A stretch of DNA of 35,560 nt from Methylotenera sp. (GCA_043745985.1 JAYTRW010000270.1:1-35560); one strand, 5' to 3'; positions 1 to 13,092 are shown, counted from the stretch's first letter. Translations and numbers: made by a program. Notes: generated from the letters alone by a model not told the origin.

Positions 1-830
1 GCCTCTAGCGTGGCCGTGCCAGAGGCGACAATCACAACATCTGCAGCTTCCATAGCATCATGCGCATGGCCGAATAGTATTTGAATGGGCAGACTTTCAT
101 TTTCGTGAAAAATAGCTAATTCAAATATTTGTCTAGTTTCTCGTGTGATGAGCGGCACTAAAAACACGGCATTAGGAAAATCTGCATAGATCAATTTTGC
201 CGTCTTAACGAACAACTCTGCATGTTGCTGCACTTCACTTTGACGGCTACCAGGCAACATAGCCACTACCAAGGCTGAAGGTTTTAGCTTTAAGCGTTCA
301 CGTGCTGCGGTAGTATCTGGTTCCAACGGCAATATATCTGCTAACGGGTGACCAACATAGGTGACTGGAATACCAGCATGCTGATATAACGCAGGTTCAA
401 ATGGAAATAGTGCCAAGATATGTGACACTGAATGCTTAATTTTCTTAATTCTATTTTTACGCCAAGCCCACACAGAGGGACTCACATAATGAATAGCGGT
501 AATACCTTTATTCTTTAATTTCTTTTCAAGCCAAAAGTTAAAGTCTGGTGCATCAATCCCTATGAATAAATCAATGCGATTGGTGAGCAAATGATTTAGC
601 AATTGACGGCGTAATCTAAGCAGCCCAAACAAATGTTTAATGACCTCTACATAACCACGTACCGATAATCGCTCGATAGGAAAAAGCGACTGAGCGCCCT
701 CACCCATCATTTTTGGCCCTGCTATGCCGACAAACTCAATATCAGAGCGTTTTAACTTTAATGCTTGCATCAGGTGACTGCCAAGCAAATCACCTGAAGC
801 TTCTCCAGCAACAATACCTATTCTCACCAT
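1..830 (-). CDS. lpxB: Lipid-A-disaccharide synthase (3' end truncated by the window edge)
   Basis: Not in the ORF track. Manual translation from ATG 830 gives MVRIGIVAGEASGDLLG..., and the frame reaches ...VIVASGTATLE at the window edge. Both are LpxB signatures. Lies downstream of lpxA. Confidence 0.96.
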   Translation of the reverse strand, partial: MVRIGIVAGEASGDLLGSHLMQALKLKRSDIEFVGIAGPKMMGEGAQSLFPIERLSVRGYVEVIKHLFGLLRLRRQLLNHLLTNRIDLFIGIDAPDFNFWLEKKLKNKGITAIHYVSPSVWAWRKNRIKKIKHSVSHILALFPFEPALYQHAGIPVTYVGHPLADILPLEPDTTAARERLKLKPSALVVAMLPGSRQSEVQQHAELFVKTAKLIYADFPNAVFLVPLITRETRQIFELAIFHENESLPIQILFGHAHDAMEAADVVIVASGTATLE

Positions 831-839
831 AATAATAAA

Positions 840-1622
840 TTAACGGACGATGCCGCGTGTTGAGACATTCAAGAAATCAGTCAGCAAACCGATTTCGGGG
901 GTGGTAGCTTGCATCGCTGCAAGTTCAACTTTAGCTTCATCTAGAGTAAGGCCATTGCGATATAAAGCTTTATACGCACGTTTGATTTGTAAAATGCTGT
1001 CGGCACTAAAGCCGCGACGCTTCAACCCCTCAGCATTAATGCCATGTGGTCTAGCATCATAGCCCGCAGCTGTTACGTAAGGAGGAATATCTTTGAACAC
1101 AACCGAACCTACCGCAGTAATTACATGTGAGCCAACTTTACAAAATTGATGAATCAGCGTGAAGCCGCCTAATATTGCATGGTCGTGAATGTCTACATGA
1201 CCAGCCAATGATGAGTTGTTCGCGAGAATAGTGTGATTGCCAACATCGCAGTCGTGCGCAATATGAACGTAGGCCATAATCCAATTGTCACTACCGATTT
1301 TAGTCATGCCTTTATCTTGAATTGTGCCGCGATTAAATGTGCAAAACTCGCGAATAGTGTTGTTATCACCTATTTCTAATAGCGTTGGCTCATCTCGATA
1401 TTTTTTATCTTGAGGCGCTTCACCTAGTGATGAATATTGAAATATTTGATTGTTTTTTCCAATGGTTGTTGGACCATTAATAATCACGTGACCCGCTACA
1501 CGCGTGCCCGCATCAATTCTGACATCCGCACCAATAGTAGAATATGGGCCAATTTCCACACTAGAATCTAGTTCAGCCTTGGCATCAATGATAGCCGTTG
1601 GATGGATTTTTGTTACTGACAT
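840..1622 (-). CDS. lpxA: Acyl-ACP--UDP-N-acetylglucosamine O-acyltransferase
   Basis: Hexapeptide repeats, PQDKKY, HIAHDC and HQF motifs, C-terminal RGIVR. The start is GTG 1625 or ATG 1622. Confidence 0.97.
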   Translation of the reverse strand: MSVTKIHPTAIIDAKAELDSSVEIGPYSTIGADVRIDAGTRVAGHVIINGPTTIGKNNQIFQYSSLGEAPQDKKYRDEPTLLEIGDNNTIREFCTFNRGTIQDKGMTKIGSDNWIMAYVHIAHDCDVGNHTILANNSSLAGHVDIHDHAILGGFTLIHQFCKVGSHVITAVGSVVFKDIPPYVTAAGYDARPHGINAEGLKRRGFSADSILQIKRAYKALYRNGLTLDEAKVELAAMQATTPEIGLLTDFLNVSTRGIVR

Positions 1623-1625
1623 CAC

Positions 1626-2102
1626 TTATTTTTCTTTTTTCTCTATCGTTTTTAAAATGCACATCATTTCCGCCTCGGCAACGACCACACCATCTACACG
1701 TGCTATGCCTGAGTACTTCCATATACCTTTTAGAATGCGGTCAATTTTAACGTTTAAAATGACTTGGTCACCTGGAGATACTGGCTTTTTAAAACGTGCA
1801 CTATCTATACCTGCAAAATAGTAAACAGAGTCATCACTCGGCTTTGCACCCATCGTTTTAAATGATAATACTGCAGCAGCTTGCGCCATTGCCTCCACGA
1901 TTAACACACCAGGCATGACAGGATGGTGAGGAAAGTGACCAGGAAAGAAAGGTTCGTTGATAGTCACATTCTTTAACGCTGTGATTTCTTTACCTAACTC
2001 CAGCGAAACAATACGGTCTATCAGTACAAAAGGATAACGATGAGGGAGATGCTCAAGGATTTCATGGATGTCCATGCTGGTAGATTCGATATTAGTGGTC
2101 AT
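1626..2102 (-). CDS. fabZ: 3-hydroxyacyl-ACP dehydratase
   Basis: LPHRYPF and [21 protein letters not shown] motifs; synteny. Confidence 0.97.
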   Translation of the reverse strand: MTTNIESTSMDIHEILEHLPHRYPFVLIDRIVSLELGKEITALKNVTINEPFFPGHFPHHPVMPGVLIVEAMAQAAAVLSFKTMGAKPSDDSVYYFAGIDSARFKKPVSPGDQVILNVKIDRILKGIWKYSGIARVDGVVVAEAEMMCILKTIEKKEK

Positions 2103-2184
2103 TATTGCCTCAACTTACTTCTGATAGATTATGCTTCTTATAGATGATGACTATATTTTCAATAGTATTTATTTTCTATAGTTT

Positions 2185-3222
2185 TTAATGGTTAGATTTT
2201 AACAGAGCTAGCGCTTTTTCAAGCTGTTTAATTTTGTCTGATAGGTCATCTAAATGACGAATTTTTGCAGCTGTATTAAGCCATGCTTTATGTGTTTGAA
2301 ATGGCATTAGTGCTGTATAAGTATCAGCAGTAGGCAATGAGCGTGTAATCATGCTGCCTGGCGAGATAGTCACATGGTCTGCAATCTCTAAATGTCCCAA
2401 TATCATGGCGGCACCACCAATCTTGCAATGCTTACCAATTTTTGCGCTACCTGCAATCCCCGTGCACCCTGCAATCACCGTGTGTGCGCCAATCACGCAG
2501 TTGTGGCCTATCTGAATAAGGTTATCTAACTTAACCCCCTCCTCAATAATTGTGTCATCTAACGCACCACGGTCAACCGTAGTATTGGCGCCTATATCGA
2601 CATAATCATGAATGATGACCCGTCCAACCTGTGGGATCTTAAGCCATATACCAGCTTCTTCTGCATAGCCAAAGCCGTCTGAGCCGATTACGGCGCCAGA
2701 AAAAATATGACAATTTTGTCCAATGACGCAATGGTGTTTAATTGTGACGTGAGGTTCTAAGCGGGTATTGTCGGCAATTTTTACGTCATTTTCAATTACA
2801 CAACCACTGCCGATAACTACATTGTTCCCTAGCACTACATTGGCACCAATCATAGCTAATGCTGAAACACTACACGTTTCTGGAATAGTAGCACTTGTAT
2901 CAACAACCGCACTTGGTGCGATGCCTAATAAGTGTTCTGCAGGTGGATTTAAAAATACCGATACCTTAGCAAAATATGCATAAGGATTTTCTACGATAAC
3001 TCTTGGTAGTGAAGTTAACTCAGCGTCTTTCTCTCTTAAAACAAACGCACTGGCTTGGCTAGCAGACAGCGCTTTTAGATATTTGGCATCGTTAATGAAG
3101 CAAATGTCGCCAGAACTGGCATTTTGTAGGGAAGAAACTCGTGAAATAATGGTCGTATTATCACCAACAATACGACCACCTAATGCATCTACAATATCAC
3201 TAAGCGCGTAATTTTTACTCAT
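2185..3222 (-). CDS. lpxD: UDP-3-O-acyl-glucosamine N-acyltransferase
   Basis: Hexapeptide repeats; [28 protein letters not shown] and [11 protein letters not shown] motifs. Confidence 0.97.
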   Translation of the reverse strand: MSKNYALSDIVDALGGRIVGDNTTIISRVSSLQNASSGDICFINDAKYLKALSASQASAFVLREKDAELTSLPRVIVENPYAYFAKVSVFLNPPAEHLLGIAPSAVVDTSATIPETCSVSALAMIGANVVLGNNVVIGSGCVIENDVKIADNTRLEPHVTIKHHCVIGQNCHIFSGAVIGSDGFGYAEEAGIWLKIPQVGRVIIHDYVDIGANTTVDRGALDDTIIEEGVKLDNLIQIGHNCVIGAHTVIAGCTGIAGSAKIGKHCKIGGAAMILGHLEIADHVTISPGSMITRSLPTADTYTALMPFQTHKAWLNTAAKIRHLDDLSDKIKQLEKALALLKSNH

Positions 3223-3270
3223 AGCTATTACCCTAAAAATTACTTTTAGTGACTAAATATTAACTTTAAA

Positions 3271-3774
3271 TTATTTTTTACCTAACAATTTCAATACTTT
3301 ATCAGTAATGTCGATTTTATCTGCAGCATAAGCAACGCCACTGTACATCACTAAATCATAGTTCTCAGCTTTAGCTACAGATTGCACAGCTTTGTTGATG
3401 CGATCTTGTAAACTACCTAACTCTTCATTCTTACGTAGATTGATGTCTTCACGTAACTCACGTTGCTTGCGTTGAAATTCTGTTTTGATATTTTGCACAT
3501 CGCGCTCTTTACTGCGACGATCAGCTTCTGCAATGGTTAACCCATCTTTATCAAGTGCAGTTTCCAAATCTTTGATTTGCTTAGCCATGCGGTCTAACTC
3601 TTGAGAACGCGGACTAAACTCCTTCTCCAATTTTTTACCACTTTCAGCAGTTTGCGGTGCTTCTTGTAGAATTTTGTCTACTTGCACATAACCTACTTTC
3701 AACTCTGCAGCATTTACACTCATGGCAAAAGTCATCAAACTTGCTATTACTAATTTTTTCAAGATACTACTCAC
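3271..3774 (-). CDS. skp: Periplasmic chaperone Skp/OmpH
   Basis: Signal peptide, coiled-coil body, C-terminal DITDKVL. GTG start with a GGAGG RBS. Lies between bamA and lpxD. Confidence 0.95.
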   Translation of the reverse strand: MSSILKKLVIASLMTFAMSVNAAELKVGYVQVDKILQEAPQTAESGKKLEKEFSPRSQELDRMAKQIKDLETALDKDGLTIAEADRRSKERDVQNIKTEFQRKQRELREDINLRKNEELGSLQDRINKAVQSVAKAENYDLVMYSGVAYAADKIDITDKVLKLLGKK

Positions 3775-3875
3775 TTAAAACCTCCAAAACGACTACTTTA
3801 TTATTACAATATTATGCCACAAGGCTCTGCAATAGGGCATCACGATTACTCTAACTAAAAGCAAAACCTCTGAAC

Positions 3876-6224
3876 TTAGAATTGCGAGCCCAATTGGAAT
3901 TGTATGCTCTGGGTATTATCAGTAGACTTACTGTTTAATGGCTTAGCATACACTAGCTTTAATGGTCCAAACGGTGAAAGCCAACTAATACCAAGCCCTG
4001 TTGAATATCGGAGGTCACTTAAACTGTATGATGAATCTGAACCCCACACATTACCGCCATCTAGAAATGCGCTCAGTCTAAACTGTTTTGAATCTTTTAA
4101 ACCAGGAACAGGGAAAAATAGCTCGGCATTACCTAATAAGCGCTTGGTTCCACCTACAGCAAAATCTAAACCTGAAATTGGGTCAATATCTCTAGGACCT
4201 AACGAGCCATTATCATACCCTCGCACTGAGTTGACGCCGCCCATAAAATAGTTTTTAAAGAAAGGGTAATTTTTATTACCGTAAGAATCAGCATAGCCTA
4301 TTTCACCATTCAACATAAATGTGAAATCTTTATAAACATTCTTGAACCATGCCTGCTTATAATCAATTTTATAGTAGTTCAAATCAAGCACAGGTAAAGA
4401 AATTTCACCGCTAAGCTTTTGCAACACGCCGTTATTAGTAAACATAATGCTATCGCGCGTGTCATGAGACCAGCCACCAGAAACTACTATAGAGTTACTA
4501 CTACAGCCCGTAGTATTTTCACAAAACCTTTGGTATTGTATTGGACTATTTGTATTTAAATCGACTGTTGTAAAGTCTGCAGCTAGGCCAAAATTAATGC
4601 CATCACGCTCATTTAAAGGTATCCCGAACCTTACTCCTCCACCATAAGATGAGGTGTTATACGACGCAACATTCAGTGAACTTGTATCCACATCACGACG
4701 GTATATATCAAACCCACGACTAACACCATCTGGTGTGAAATAAGGATCTGTATAGGAGAGTGAATATGTTGTATTAACCTTACCAGTATTCACTTGTGCA
4801 CTTACACGGTTACCAGTACCCAAAAAGTTATTTTGATTAACCGTAATACCAAATACAACGCCTTCACTACTCGACAAGCCAGCACCGAACTGGACACTAC
4901 CTGTAGACTTTTCGGTAACGCTAATATTTAAATCAACTTGGTCCGTGGTGCCAGGTACAGCAGGTGTTTCGACATTAACATCAGAAAAGAAATCTGTCCT
5001 AACTAAGCGTTCTTTAGAACGATTAATCTTGTCTGAAGCATACCAAGCAGACTCTAGCTGGCGCACTTCACGACGAAGCACTTCATCACGTGTTCTGGTA
5101 TTACCAGCGATATTAATACGTCGAACATATACACGCTTACCTGGGTCTACAAAAAAGGTAAATGCGGCAGTATGTTGTTCTTTATTGACTTCGGGTACAG
5201 GGTTGACGTTTGAAAACGCATAACCATCATTGCTTAATCGGTCACTAATGGCTTTGCTAGACTCAGTAATTTTTTCACGGCTGAATGTATCGCCTTTTTT
5301 AACTGTAATTAGTTGCTGTATTTCAGCATCAGGCAGAATGCTATCTCCAGCTAACTTCACTTCTGAAATTGTGTATTTCTCACCTTCAGTCACATTGACT
5401 GTAATGTAAATATCTTTTTTATCAGGTGTAATTGAAACTTGTGTTGAGTCGATATTAAACTCAAGATAACCGCGATTCAAGTAAAAAGAACGAAGCGCTT
5501 CAAGGTCTGCATTCAGTTTTTGTTTTGAATATTGATCATCTTTATTCCACCAACTCATCCAATTAGGCGTGGTGAGTAAAAATTCAGCGCGTAAATCATC
5601 CATGCTAAAGGCTTGATTACCCACGATATTGATACTGCGAATTTTTGAAACTGCGCCCTCTTCAATATCAAAACGCACCGCAACACGATTACGCTCTAAT
5701 GGTGAAACGACAGCTTTAACCGTTGCACCATATTTACCTTGAGATAAATATTGGCGCTTCACTTCTTGCTCAGCTCGATCTAATTGGGATTTATCGAAAA
5801 TCTGACCCTCAGCAATACCAATCTGCTTCAAGCCTTCTTTCATTTTATCTGTTGGGAATGACTTATTACCACTGAAATCAATTTGTGCAATTGACGATCG
5901 TTCTTGCACCGTCACCACTAAAACATCGCCTTCAGCCTCTATACGCACATCTTTAAAAAAACCAGTGTTGTATAGCGATTTGATCGCTTGCGAAGCAAGA
6001 TCATCATTCATAGTCTCGCCAACTTTAACTGGCAAATAAGTAAACACGGTACCAGCCTCGGTACGCTGCAAACCTTCTACACGAATGTCTTTCACTACAA
6101 AGGGTTCAAGCGCCAATGCTGAATTTGCAAACAATCCAGAAACTAACATTAGAACAGACTTAAGTTTCAGGTTCTTGAAAATATGGTCTGTATTTTTTGA
6201 GTGTTTTAATTTTTTTAATGCCAT
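3876..6224 (-). CDS. bamA: Outer-membrane protein assembly factor BamA
   Basis: POTRA start [17 protein letters not shown] loop-6 motif, SPFGPL, terminal Phe. Confidence 0.98.
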   Translation of the reverse strand: MALKKLKHSKNTDHIFKNLKLKSVLMLVSGLFANSALALEPFVVKDIRVEGLQRTEAGTVFTYLPVKVGETMNDDLASQAIKSLYNTGFFKDVRIEAEGDVLVVTVQERSSIAQIDFSGNKSFPTDKMKEGLKQIGIAEGQIFDKSQLDRAEQEVKRQYLSQGKYGATVKAVVSPLERNRVAVRFDIEEGAVSKIRSINIVGNQAFSMDDLRAEFLLTTPNWMSWWNKDDQYSKQKLNADLEALRSFYLNRGYLEFNIDSTQVSITPDKKDIYITVNVTEGEKYTISEVKLAGDSILPDAEIQQLITVKKGDTFSREKITESSKAISDRLSNDGYAFSNVNPVPEVNKEQHTAAFTFFVDPGKRVYVRRINIAGNTRTRDEVLRREVRQLESAWYASDKINRSKERLVRTDFFSDVNVETPAVPGTTDQVDLNISVTEKSTGSVQFGAGLSSSEGVVFGITVNQNNFLGTGNRVSAQVNTGKVNTTYSLSYTDPYFTPDGVSRGFDIYRRDVDTSSLNVASYNTSSYGGGVRFGIPLNERDGINFGLAADFTTVDLNTNSPIQYQRFCENTTGCSSNSIVVSGGWSHDTRDSIMFTNNGVLQKLSGEISLPVLDLNYYKIDYKQAWFKNVYKDFTFMLNGEIGYADSYGNKNYPFFKNYFMGGVNSVRGYDNGSLGPRDIDPISGLDFAVGGTKRLLGNAELFFPVPGLKDSKQFRLSAFLDGGNVWGSDSSYSLSDLRYSTGLGISWLSPFGPLKLVYAKPLNSKSTDNTQSIQFQLGSQF

Positions 6225-6228
6225 GCAA

Positions 6229-7617
6229 TCAGCCTGTTATTAATCTGTTTATGTCGTTATAGAACGCTAAGATCATCATACAACCCAGCAGCAGAAAACC
6301 AACTCTTTGCCCAATATTCAAGGCGAAATCAGAAGTCGGTTTTCCCGTAAAAATTTCAACTACATAATACATCAAATGCCCGCCATCTAACACTGGTATA
6401 GGCAATAGATTCAGAACTCCTATACTTATGCTAATCAGCGCTAAAAAACCTATAAATACATTCAAACCCATTTCCGCACTCTGTCCCGCATAGCTAGCAA
6501 TCGTCAATGGCCCGCTTACACCTTTTAGTGAGATTTCCCCAGTGAACATTTTCCCCAACATTTTTAGTGTAAAGACTGAAATATCCCAAGTTTTCTCAGT
6601 GGCTTTAATGAACGCAGTAGATACACTGTAATGCGTAGTGACGAAAAGTTTATCATGTTCAGCCTGATCCAATTTGAATGCAACACCAATACGGCCAAAC
6701 TTTTTACCGTTTTCAGTAAATTGCTCAGGCTTAATAGCGATGTTTAACACATTAGAATTTCTTTGAACCTCAATTTCTAATCTTTTGTTAGGATTCTGTC
6801 TAACTTCTTGTACAAAGTCTTCCCACACGCTTATTTTGGTTTTATTGACATTTAACACCAAGTCGTTAGCCTTTAAGCCCGCCAAATCGGCGATACCATT
6901 CTTAGTGACTATACCAATCTTCGCTGGAATATCTGGTTGATCAATAGTTAAGCCAGATGCGGTTAAAATGTCTTTCGCCGCGCCCTCCTGATTAATACCA
7001 GATAAATCAAGTTGATGGATATTCATTTCGTGACGGCTACTGACGGTTTGAATTTCTACGTTATTATTTTTTAGTGACTCATTTAAAAGTATCCAGCTAA
7101 CGTCTTGCCAAGACGCGACCTCTTTATCATTAATCTTTTGTATAATTTCACCATAGGTGAAATTTGCAACTGCTGCAGGGCTTTGTGCGATCACTTTGCC
7201 TAATATAGGCTTCATGCCAACGACGCCCATCATAAACAATATCCAATACAATACAATGGCGAGCAATAAATTAGCTATCGGCCCTGCTATCACAATGGCG
7301 ATACGCTTAGCGACTGATTGTCGGTTGAAAGCGCACTTCAATTCGGCTTCAGAGTATGTCGCTGTTGGTGACTCTAGTGTTGAATCCGTAGCCATCTCTC
7401 GTTCATCGAGCATTTTTACGTATCCGCCTAATGGAATTGCGGCAATCACAAACTCAGTTTTATCTGCTCCAAATGACTTAGTCCATAATGGCTTACCAAA
7501 ACCGATAGAGAATCTTAATATTTTCACACCACACCATTTAGCCACCTGATAATGCCCGTATTCATGCACAGTCACCAATATACTCATGGTTAACAAAAAT
7601 GTGAGGGCCATGATCAT
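6229..7617 (-). CDS. rseP: RIP metalloprotease RseP
   Basis: HEYGH zinc motif, GGYVKM, two PDZ-like regions, [15 protein letters not shown] overlap with the dxr stop. Confidence 0.96.
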   Translation of the reverse strand: MIMALTFLLTMSILVTVHEYGHYQVAKWCGVKILRFSIGFGKPLWTKSFGADKTEFVIAAIPLGGYVKMLDEREMATDSTLESPTATYSEAELKCAFNRQSVAKRIAIVIAGPIANLLLAIVLYWILFMMGVVGMKPILGKVIAQSPAAVANFTYGEIIQKINDKEVASWQDVSWILLNESLKNNNVEIQTVSSRHEMNIHQLDLSGINQEGAAKDILTASGLTIDQPDIPAKIGIVTKNGIADLAGLKANDLVLNVNKTKISVWEDFVQEVRQNPNKRLEIEVQRNSNVLNIAIKPEQFTENGKKFGRIGVAFKLDQAEHDKLFVTTHYSVSTAFIKATEKTWDISVFTLKMLGKMFTGEISLKGVSGPLTIASYAGQSAEMGLNVFIGFLALISISIGVLNLLPIPVLDGGHLMYYVVEIFTGKPTSDFALNIGQRVGFLLLGCMMILAFYNDINRLITG

Positions 7618-8804
7618 AATGCGCCAATTTTCTTTCTAGCCGCTAATCTCGCAAGCGCGTCGACAGCCACTAACTGCTCAATCGACTCTACATACTCAAT
7701 ACTAGCGGCCGCTAAAACGGCTTCAATGGTATTAGGAATATCCATAAAGCCAATTTTCTCGGCTAAAAATGCCTCTACAGCAACTTCATTGGCGGCATTT
7801 AAAATAGCAGGCGCAGTGCCGCCCGTACTCAAAGCTTCATAGGCAATGCGTAGACATGGAAAGCGAATCAAATCTGGTGCACAGAAGTCTAATCTGGCCG
7901 TTGTTAGCAAGTCTAAACTACTCACGCCGCTCGCAAGCCGTTCTGGATAGCCCAAGCCATAAGCAATTGGTGTGCGCATATCAGGGTTACCAAGTTGCGC
8001 CAAAACACTGCCATCAACATACTCCACCATTGAATGAATAACGCTTTGTGGATGCACCACCACGTCAATTTGGTTTGGCAAAGCATTGAATAACCAATGT
8101 GCTTCTATAACCTCCAAACCTTTGTTCATCATGGTAGCGGAATCTACAGTGATTTTTGGGCCCATCACCCAGTTTGGATGATTTAAAGCTTGCGCACGTG
8201 TAACAGTTTTAAGTTCTTGCAAACTGGCATTGCGGAATGGTCCACCAGATGCGGTTAGCAGCACGCGTTTTACGCCTAAACTGCTCAACGTTGCATTTGA
8301 CAGGTTTTTTGTACACTGTTGTGGCATCACCTGAAATATAGCGTTATGTTCACTATCAATGGGTAATAAACTGGCGCCGCCATCAATCACCGCCTGCATA
8401 AACAGATTGCCAGCCATGACTAAGGTTTCTTTATTAGCAAGTAAAATTTTCTTACCTGCTTTTGCCGCAGCCATGGCAGGATGTAAGCCTGCCGCGCCAA
8501 CAATGGCCGCCATCACAATATCTACTTGGTCGTGAGATGAGATGTCATTCAGCGCAGCTTCGCCATGCTTCACGATAGTTTTTGAGCCAATGCTCTTTAA
8601 CTCAGCACTTAACTCTAATGCAGCGACTTCTTGCAACATCACCGCATATTCTGGTGCATAGGTGTTACATAGTCCCAGCATAGATTTAACGTTGCTATTA
8701 GCTGCTAAGGCAAATACCTTAAAGCGTTCTGGGTGTTGCGAAATAACATCTAAGGTTTGCAAGCCAATGGTGCCAGTGGCACCCAATATAGTTACATTTT
8801 TCAT
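7614..8804 (-). CDS. dxr: 1-deoxy-D-xylulose-5-phosphate reductoisomerase
   Basis: LGATGTIG, LANKETLV, PIDSEH, HPNWVMG and NKGLEVIEA motifs. Probable start is ATG 8804 (MKNVTILG) rather than 8831. Confidence 0.97.
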   Translation of the reverse strand: MKNVTILGATGTIGLQTLDVISQHPERFKVFALAANSNVKSMLGLCNTYAPEYAVMLQEVAALELSAELKSIGSKTIVKHGEAALNDISSHDQVDIVMAAIVGAAGLHPAMAAAKAGKKILLANKETLVMAGNLFMQAVIDGGASLLPIDSEHNAIFQVMPQQCTKNLSNATLSSLGVKRVLLTASGGPFRNASLQELKTVTRAQALNHPNWVMGPKITVDSATMMNKGLEVIEAHWLFNALPNQIDVVVHPQSVIHSMVEYVDGSVLAQLGNPDMRTPIAYGLGYPERLASGVSSLDLLTTARLDFCAPDLIRFPCLRIAYEALSTGGTAPAILNAANEVAVEAFLAEKIGFMDIPNTIEAVLAAASIEYVESIEQLVAVDALARLAARKKIGAL

Positions 8805-8820
8805 TTGGTGACCTGCATAT

Positions 8821-9648
8821 TTAGCGTGCATGTAGTTGTAGGCTTGAAAATAAAGGATAGTAAATGTAAAACAGCACCAACGGTAAGGTGGGGATTAAGC
8901 CATCAATTCTATCTAAAACACCGCCATGTCCTGGCAATAGATGACTGCTATCTTTCACACCAGCTTGGCGCTTTAATAGTGATTCAAATAAATCGCCCAT
9001 GACACTCAGCGCTACGGTTAACCATAAACCTACAATCAGCCAGCGACTATAATGCATATAATAACAAAGCACTAAACCATAAATTGTTGCAGCTAACATT
9101 GCTCCTGCAACCCCTTCCCAGGTCTTTCCAGGGCTAATTTCAGGTGCTAGCTTATGACGTCCGAAACGTTTACCTGCAAAATAAGCGGCAATATCTGCCA
9201 ACCAAACGATTGCCAGCACGCCAAGTAACAGCCAAGGGCTTATGCTCTGCAATCCATTCAAAGCGAGCCAAGTCGCCAATAAAAGCACTAACCCTAAGAA
9301 AGCCATCAGTAGTTTTTGATTTATTTTTTTTCGAGTAATCAACCAAATTGGGGAAAATGCAATCCAAAATAAAGTAGACACGCTCAACGAGCTAAATACA
9401 ATGACATCGTGATACAAAGCGAATGGTGTGTCGATAGTGAAAATCCACAACAAACCCATTGCAAGGGCTGAAGCTACATAAATATATACTTGATGCTTAC
9501 TCAGCTTAATGAGTTTGGCCCACTCCCAAACGCCAACTAGCGTAGCAGCTAGCGTAAAACAAGTCCAAACCATTTTAGAGGCTAAAAATAACACCATTAA
9601 AAAAACAATGGTTAAAAATACAGCTGTGATGACTCTAGTTTTTAGCAT
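8821..9648 (-). CDS. cdsA: Phosphatidate cytidylyltransferase
   Basis: Multiple hydrophobic segments; SPGKTWEG, GDLFESLLKR and KDSSHLLPGHGGVLDRID motifs. Confidence 0.97.
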   Translation of the reverse strand: MLKTRVITAVFLTIVFLMVLFLASKMVWTCFTLAATLVGVWEWAKLIKLSKHQVYIYVASALAMGLLWIFTIDTPFALYHDVIVFSSLSVSTLFWIAFSPIWLITRKKINQKLLMAFLGLVLLLATWLALNGLQSISPWLLLGVLAIVWLADIAAYFAGKRFGRHKLAPEISPGKTWEGVAGAMLAATIYGLVLCYYMHYSRWLIVGLWLTVALSVMGDLFESLLKRQAGVKDSSHLLPGHGGVLDRIDGLIPTLPLVLFYIYYPLFSSLQLHAR

Positions 9649-9709
9649 AAGTATAGGTTTTTATTATTGAAATTGGCACTTTTACGTTTTTGAAGTTAAG
9701 CTTGCGCAA

Positions 9710-10468
9710 TTAAACTTTAGGTTTAACTAACTGTTCGCTAGTACGGCCAAATCGACGCTCACGATTTTGATAAGATTGAATAGCCAAATTAAAGGCCGCT
9801 TCATTGAAGTCTGGCCACAGCGTATCCGTGAAATACAATTCGGTATAAGCCAGTTGCCATAAAAGAAAATTACTAATGCGTGTTTCCCCACCAGTACGTA
9901 TAAACAAATCTGGCTCTGGCGCGTAACTCATGGAAAGATAAGGAGTCAGATGATCTTCTCTATAAAAACCTGTGAGCTGTGGGGTCGCCAATTGCATTTT
10001 ATTCACTGCCTGCAAAACATCCCAACGACCACCATAATTGGCAGCAATCGTTAATACCAGACCTGTATTACTTGCAGTTAACTGCTCGGATGCCTCGATT
10101 TGAGCCACTAACTCTGCATCAAAGCGACTGCGATCACCAATCATAATAAGTTTGATATTATTTTGATGTAATTTTGCAACCTCTCGCTTAAGTGCGTGCA
10201 TGAACAGTCCCATCAGATATGAGACTTCTTCCGTTGGTCTGCGCCAATTCTCACTACTAAAAGCGAATAGTGTTAAATATTCAACTTTTAACGTTACGCA
10301 ATATTTAACAAGATCACGTACTGTTTCCACACCGCGCTTATGACCTGCGACCCTAGGTAAAAAACGCTTACGGGCCCAACGGCCATTACCATCCATAATA
10401 ACGGCGATGTGCTTAGGAATTTCAGCCGCTGTCGGAATAGTTTGTGTCGCGCTAGTAAAAAAACCCAC
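9710..10468 (-). CDS. uppS: Undecaprenyl diphosphate synthase
   Basis: [19 protein letters not shown] and [15 protein letters not shown] motifs. GTG start with a GGAG RBS. Confidence 0.97.
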   Translation of the reverse strand: MGFFTSATQTIPTAAEIPKHIAVIMDGNGRWARKRFLPRVAGHKRGVETVRDLVKYCVTLKVEYLTLFAFSSENWRRPTEEVSYLMGLFMHALKREVAKLHQNNIKLIMIGDRSRFDAELVAQIEASEQLTASNTGLVLTIAANYGGRWDVLQAVNKMQLATPQLTGFYREDHLTPYLSMSYAPEPDLFIRTGGETRISNFLLWQLAYTELYFTDTLWPDFNEAAFNLAIQSYQNRERRFGRTSEQLVKPKV

Positions 10469-10540
10469 GTAGGCTCCAGTCTATTTGAGCTAGTTTTTTA
10501 AATTGATGAATAGTTTGCAAGTGTATGTTCGCTATTTTTC

Positions 10541-11098
10541 TTACACAGCCATCAATTCAACTTCTTTTACTTGCAGCATTTTATCAATTTCTATCACGGC
10601 TTTGTCTGTCGCTTTTTGAACATCATCTTGCGCACGACGCTCTTCATCTTCAGAAATCTCTTTGTCTTTTAGTAATTTTTTCAAAGTGTCGTTAGCATCA
10701 CGGCGAGCATTACGCACAGAAACTTTAGCACCTTCAGCTTCCGAGCGTACAATTTTGGTCATATCGCGGCGGCGCTCTTCAGTGAGCATAGGCATTGGCA
10801 CACGAATCAAATCACTATTAGTTGCAGGGTTTAAACCTAAATCACAGTCACGAATGGCCTTTTCAACCTTACCTATCATGCTTTTTTCAAAAGGCTGCAC
10901 GTGAATGGTACGAGAATCGCCTAAATTAACGTTGGCTACTTGATTGACCGCAACCATAGAGCCGTAATACTCGACCATTACATGATCTAGCAAACCTGTA
11001 TGTGCCCGGCCTGTACGCACCTTGGCTAAATCTGTCTTCAATGCCTCTACAGACCTTTGCATTTTCTGATCTACCGTTTTTTTAATATCGTCTAACAT
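10541..11098 (-). CDS. frr: Ribosome recycling factor
   Basis: RTGRA, LTEERR and VRNARRDA motifs. Probable start is ATG 11098, after a GGAG RBS. Confidence 0.97.
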   Translation of the reverse strand: MLDDIKKTVDQKMQRSVEALKTDLAKVRTGRAHTGLLDHVMVEYYGSMVAVNQVANVNLGDSRTIHVQPFEKSMIGKVEKAIRDCDLGLNPATNSDLIRVPMPMLTEERRRDMTKIVRSEAEGAKVSVRNARRDANDTLKKLLKDKEISEDEERRAQDDVQKATDKAVIEIDKMLQVKEVELMAV

Positions 11099-11218
11099 TT
11101 CTTTCTCCAACTTAATACTTATAATTTTTATACACTAGCCACTATGCTGCAGCTTCAATCTTTAAAGCGAAGCATTTTTGGTGTAACGCCTATGGAGCAA
11201 TGTACTTAAGGAAATACG

Positions 11219-11935
11219 TTAAGGAGTCACCATCGTGCCTTCATCTTCACCCATCACCACCCTTTTAAGCGCGCCTTGCTTAAAAATACTAAATACTGAT
11301 ATTGGTAATTTTTGATCACGGCATAAAGTAAGTGCTGTTGCATCCATCACTTTAAGGTTTTTATTAATGGCTTCATCAAAGGTAATCGTTTTATAACGCA
11401 TCGCCTCAGGGTTAGTTTTCGGATCATCGGTATAAATGCCATCAACTTTCGTTGCTTTAATGACGATTTCCGCATTCATTTCCATGCCACGCAAAGCGGC
11501 TGCAGTATCTGTAGTGAAGAATGGATTGCCAGTACCCGCACCAAATATTACGACACGGCCTTCTTCCAAGTAGCGGATGGCTTTACCACGAATGTACGGC
11601 TCAGCTACTTGTTCGATGTTTAGTGCGCTTTGTACACGTGCGTTCAAACCGATATTCTTCATAGCATCTTGCAGCGCCATGGCGTTCATTACTGTTGCAA
11701 GCATGCCCATATAGTCAGCTGTTGCTCTATCCATACCCTCGGCTGCTGGCGCAACACCACGAAATATATTTCCACCTCCAATCACTACCGCTACCTGAAC
11801 ACCTAAATCAACAACTTCTTTCACTTCTGTGACAATTCGAGTAATGGTGGCGCGATTAATACCGTATGCATCATCACCCATTAAAGCTTCGCCAGATAGT
11901 TTAAGTAAGATGCGTTTGTAGGCTGGTGTGGCCAT
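11219..11935 (-). CDS. pyrH: Uridylate kinase
   Basis: [25 protein letters not shown] and PFFTTD motifs. Confidence 0.98.
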   Translation of the reverse strand: MATPAYKRILLKLSGEALMGDDAYGINRATITRIVTEVKEVVDLGVQVAVVIGGGNIFRGVAPAAEGMDRATADYMGMLATVMNAMALQDAMKNIGLNARVQSALNIEQVAEPYIRGKAIRYLEEGRVVIFGAGTGNPFFTTDTAAALRGMEMNAEIVIKATKVDGIYTDDPKTNPEAMRYKTITFDEAINKNLKVMDATALTLCRDQKLPISVFSIFKQGALKRVVMGEDEGTMVTP

Positions 11936-12022
11936 AATATTTCTCTTTTTTAAGTTTACTTATTTAAGCATAAAACCACTATTCATGGGCAAAATAAGCG
12001 CAATTATTCTTAATTTTTCGCT

Positions 12023-12054
12023 AAAAAAATGGACTAAGCGATTCGCTTAGTCCA
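12023..12054 (-). terminator. Intrinsic terminator after tsf
   Basis: The minus strand reads TGGACTAAGCG-AAT-CGCTTAGTCCA followed by T7. Confidence 0.85.
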
Positions 12055-12112
12055 CTATTTTTGAATCTAGTAATCAATCAAGTCGCGTTCTGCAGCCTGA
12101 TTGACACATAGA

Positions 12113-12988
12113 TTATACTTTTGCAGCTGCTGCAACTTCTGCAGCGTAATCCACAACAACCTTCTCAATGCCTTCGCCTACTGTGAACATTGTGAATGAA
12201 GCTACTGAAGCGCCTTTAGATTTAAGCAACTGCTCAATCGTCATTTTGTCGTCTTTAACAAAAATTTGGCTTAACAAAGTTACTTCTTTTAAGAATTTTT
12301 GTACTGTACCATCAGCAATTTTCTCTAACATAGCTTCTGGCTTGCCAGCTTCTTTTGCTTTTTCAATCGCTACACGGCGCTCAGCTTCAATCAAGCTAGC
12401 ATCAATACCTGAAGCATCTAGTGATTTTGGTTTAGCTGCAGCAATATGCATAGCAATATCTTTAGCTAAGTTATCATCACCACCCACCAAATCAACTAAC
12501 ACGCCGATTTTGCTGCCGTGTACATAACTAGCTAATTTACCTTGTACAACTGGGCGCGTAAATCGACGCGGTGTAATGTTTTCGCCAATTTTACCAACCA
12601 ATTGAGCGCGCGTTTCTTCAACAGTTGCGCCACTCATTGGTAGAGCTGCGACAGCTTCGATATCAGCCGCAGTGCTATTAGCAACAATGCTTGCCAATTC
12701 ATTCACAAACTTCAAAAAGTCTTCATTTTTAGCGCAGAAATCTGTTTCTGAGTTAACTTCAACCATCGCGCCAGTTTTACCATCAGCGCTGATTGAGATA
12801 CCTACTGTACCTTCAGCAGCTACGCGGCCGGCTGCTTTACTAGCTTTGTTACCAAAACGTACACGTAGAATTTCTTCTGCGCGCGTCATTTCGCCTTCAG
12901 CTTCAGATAACGCTTTCTTACAATCCATCATTGGCGCATCAGTGCGCTCACGTAATTCTTTTACCATACTTGCGGTAATTTCAGCCAT
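12113..12988 (-). CDS. tsf: Elongation factor Ts
   Basis: [22 protein letters not shown] and AMHIAA motifs. Confidence 0.98.
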   Translation of the reverse strand: MAEITASMVKELRERTDAPMMDCKKALSEAEGEMTRAEEILRVRFGNKASKAAGRVAAEGTVGISISADGKTGAMVEVNSETDFCAKNEDFLKFVNELASIVANSTAADIEAVAALPMSGATVEETRAQLVGKIGENITPRRFTRPVVQGKLASYVHGSKIGVLVDLVGGDDNLAKDIAMHIAAAKPKSLDASGIDASLIEAERRVAIEKAKEAGKPEAMLEKIADGTVQKFLKEVTLLSQIFVKDDKMTIEQLLKSKGASVASFTMFTVGEGIEKVVVDYAAEVAAAAKV

Positions 12989-13092
12989 TTTAAGCTCCTA
13001 AATTTCATAAGTCACATTAAATTGATGACTTAATTTATTGATTTAATATTTAATATTTAGAACAAAAATCTAATCAAACAAGTTCTAAAATT

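Noticed and set aside
840-3222. Periodic patterns in lpxA and lpxD
   Set aside because: Explained by the hexapeptide beta-helix repeats of these enzymes; not CRISPR or DNA repeats.
12070-12105. Imperfect hairpin (TCAATCA...TGATTGA) right after tsf
   Set aside because: I saw no other copy and there is no U-tract. The real terminator follows, so it is at most a 3' UTR stabilising stem.
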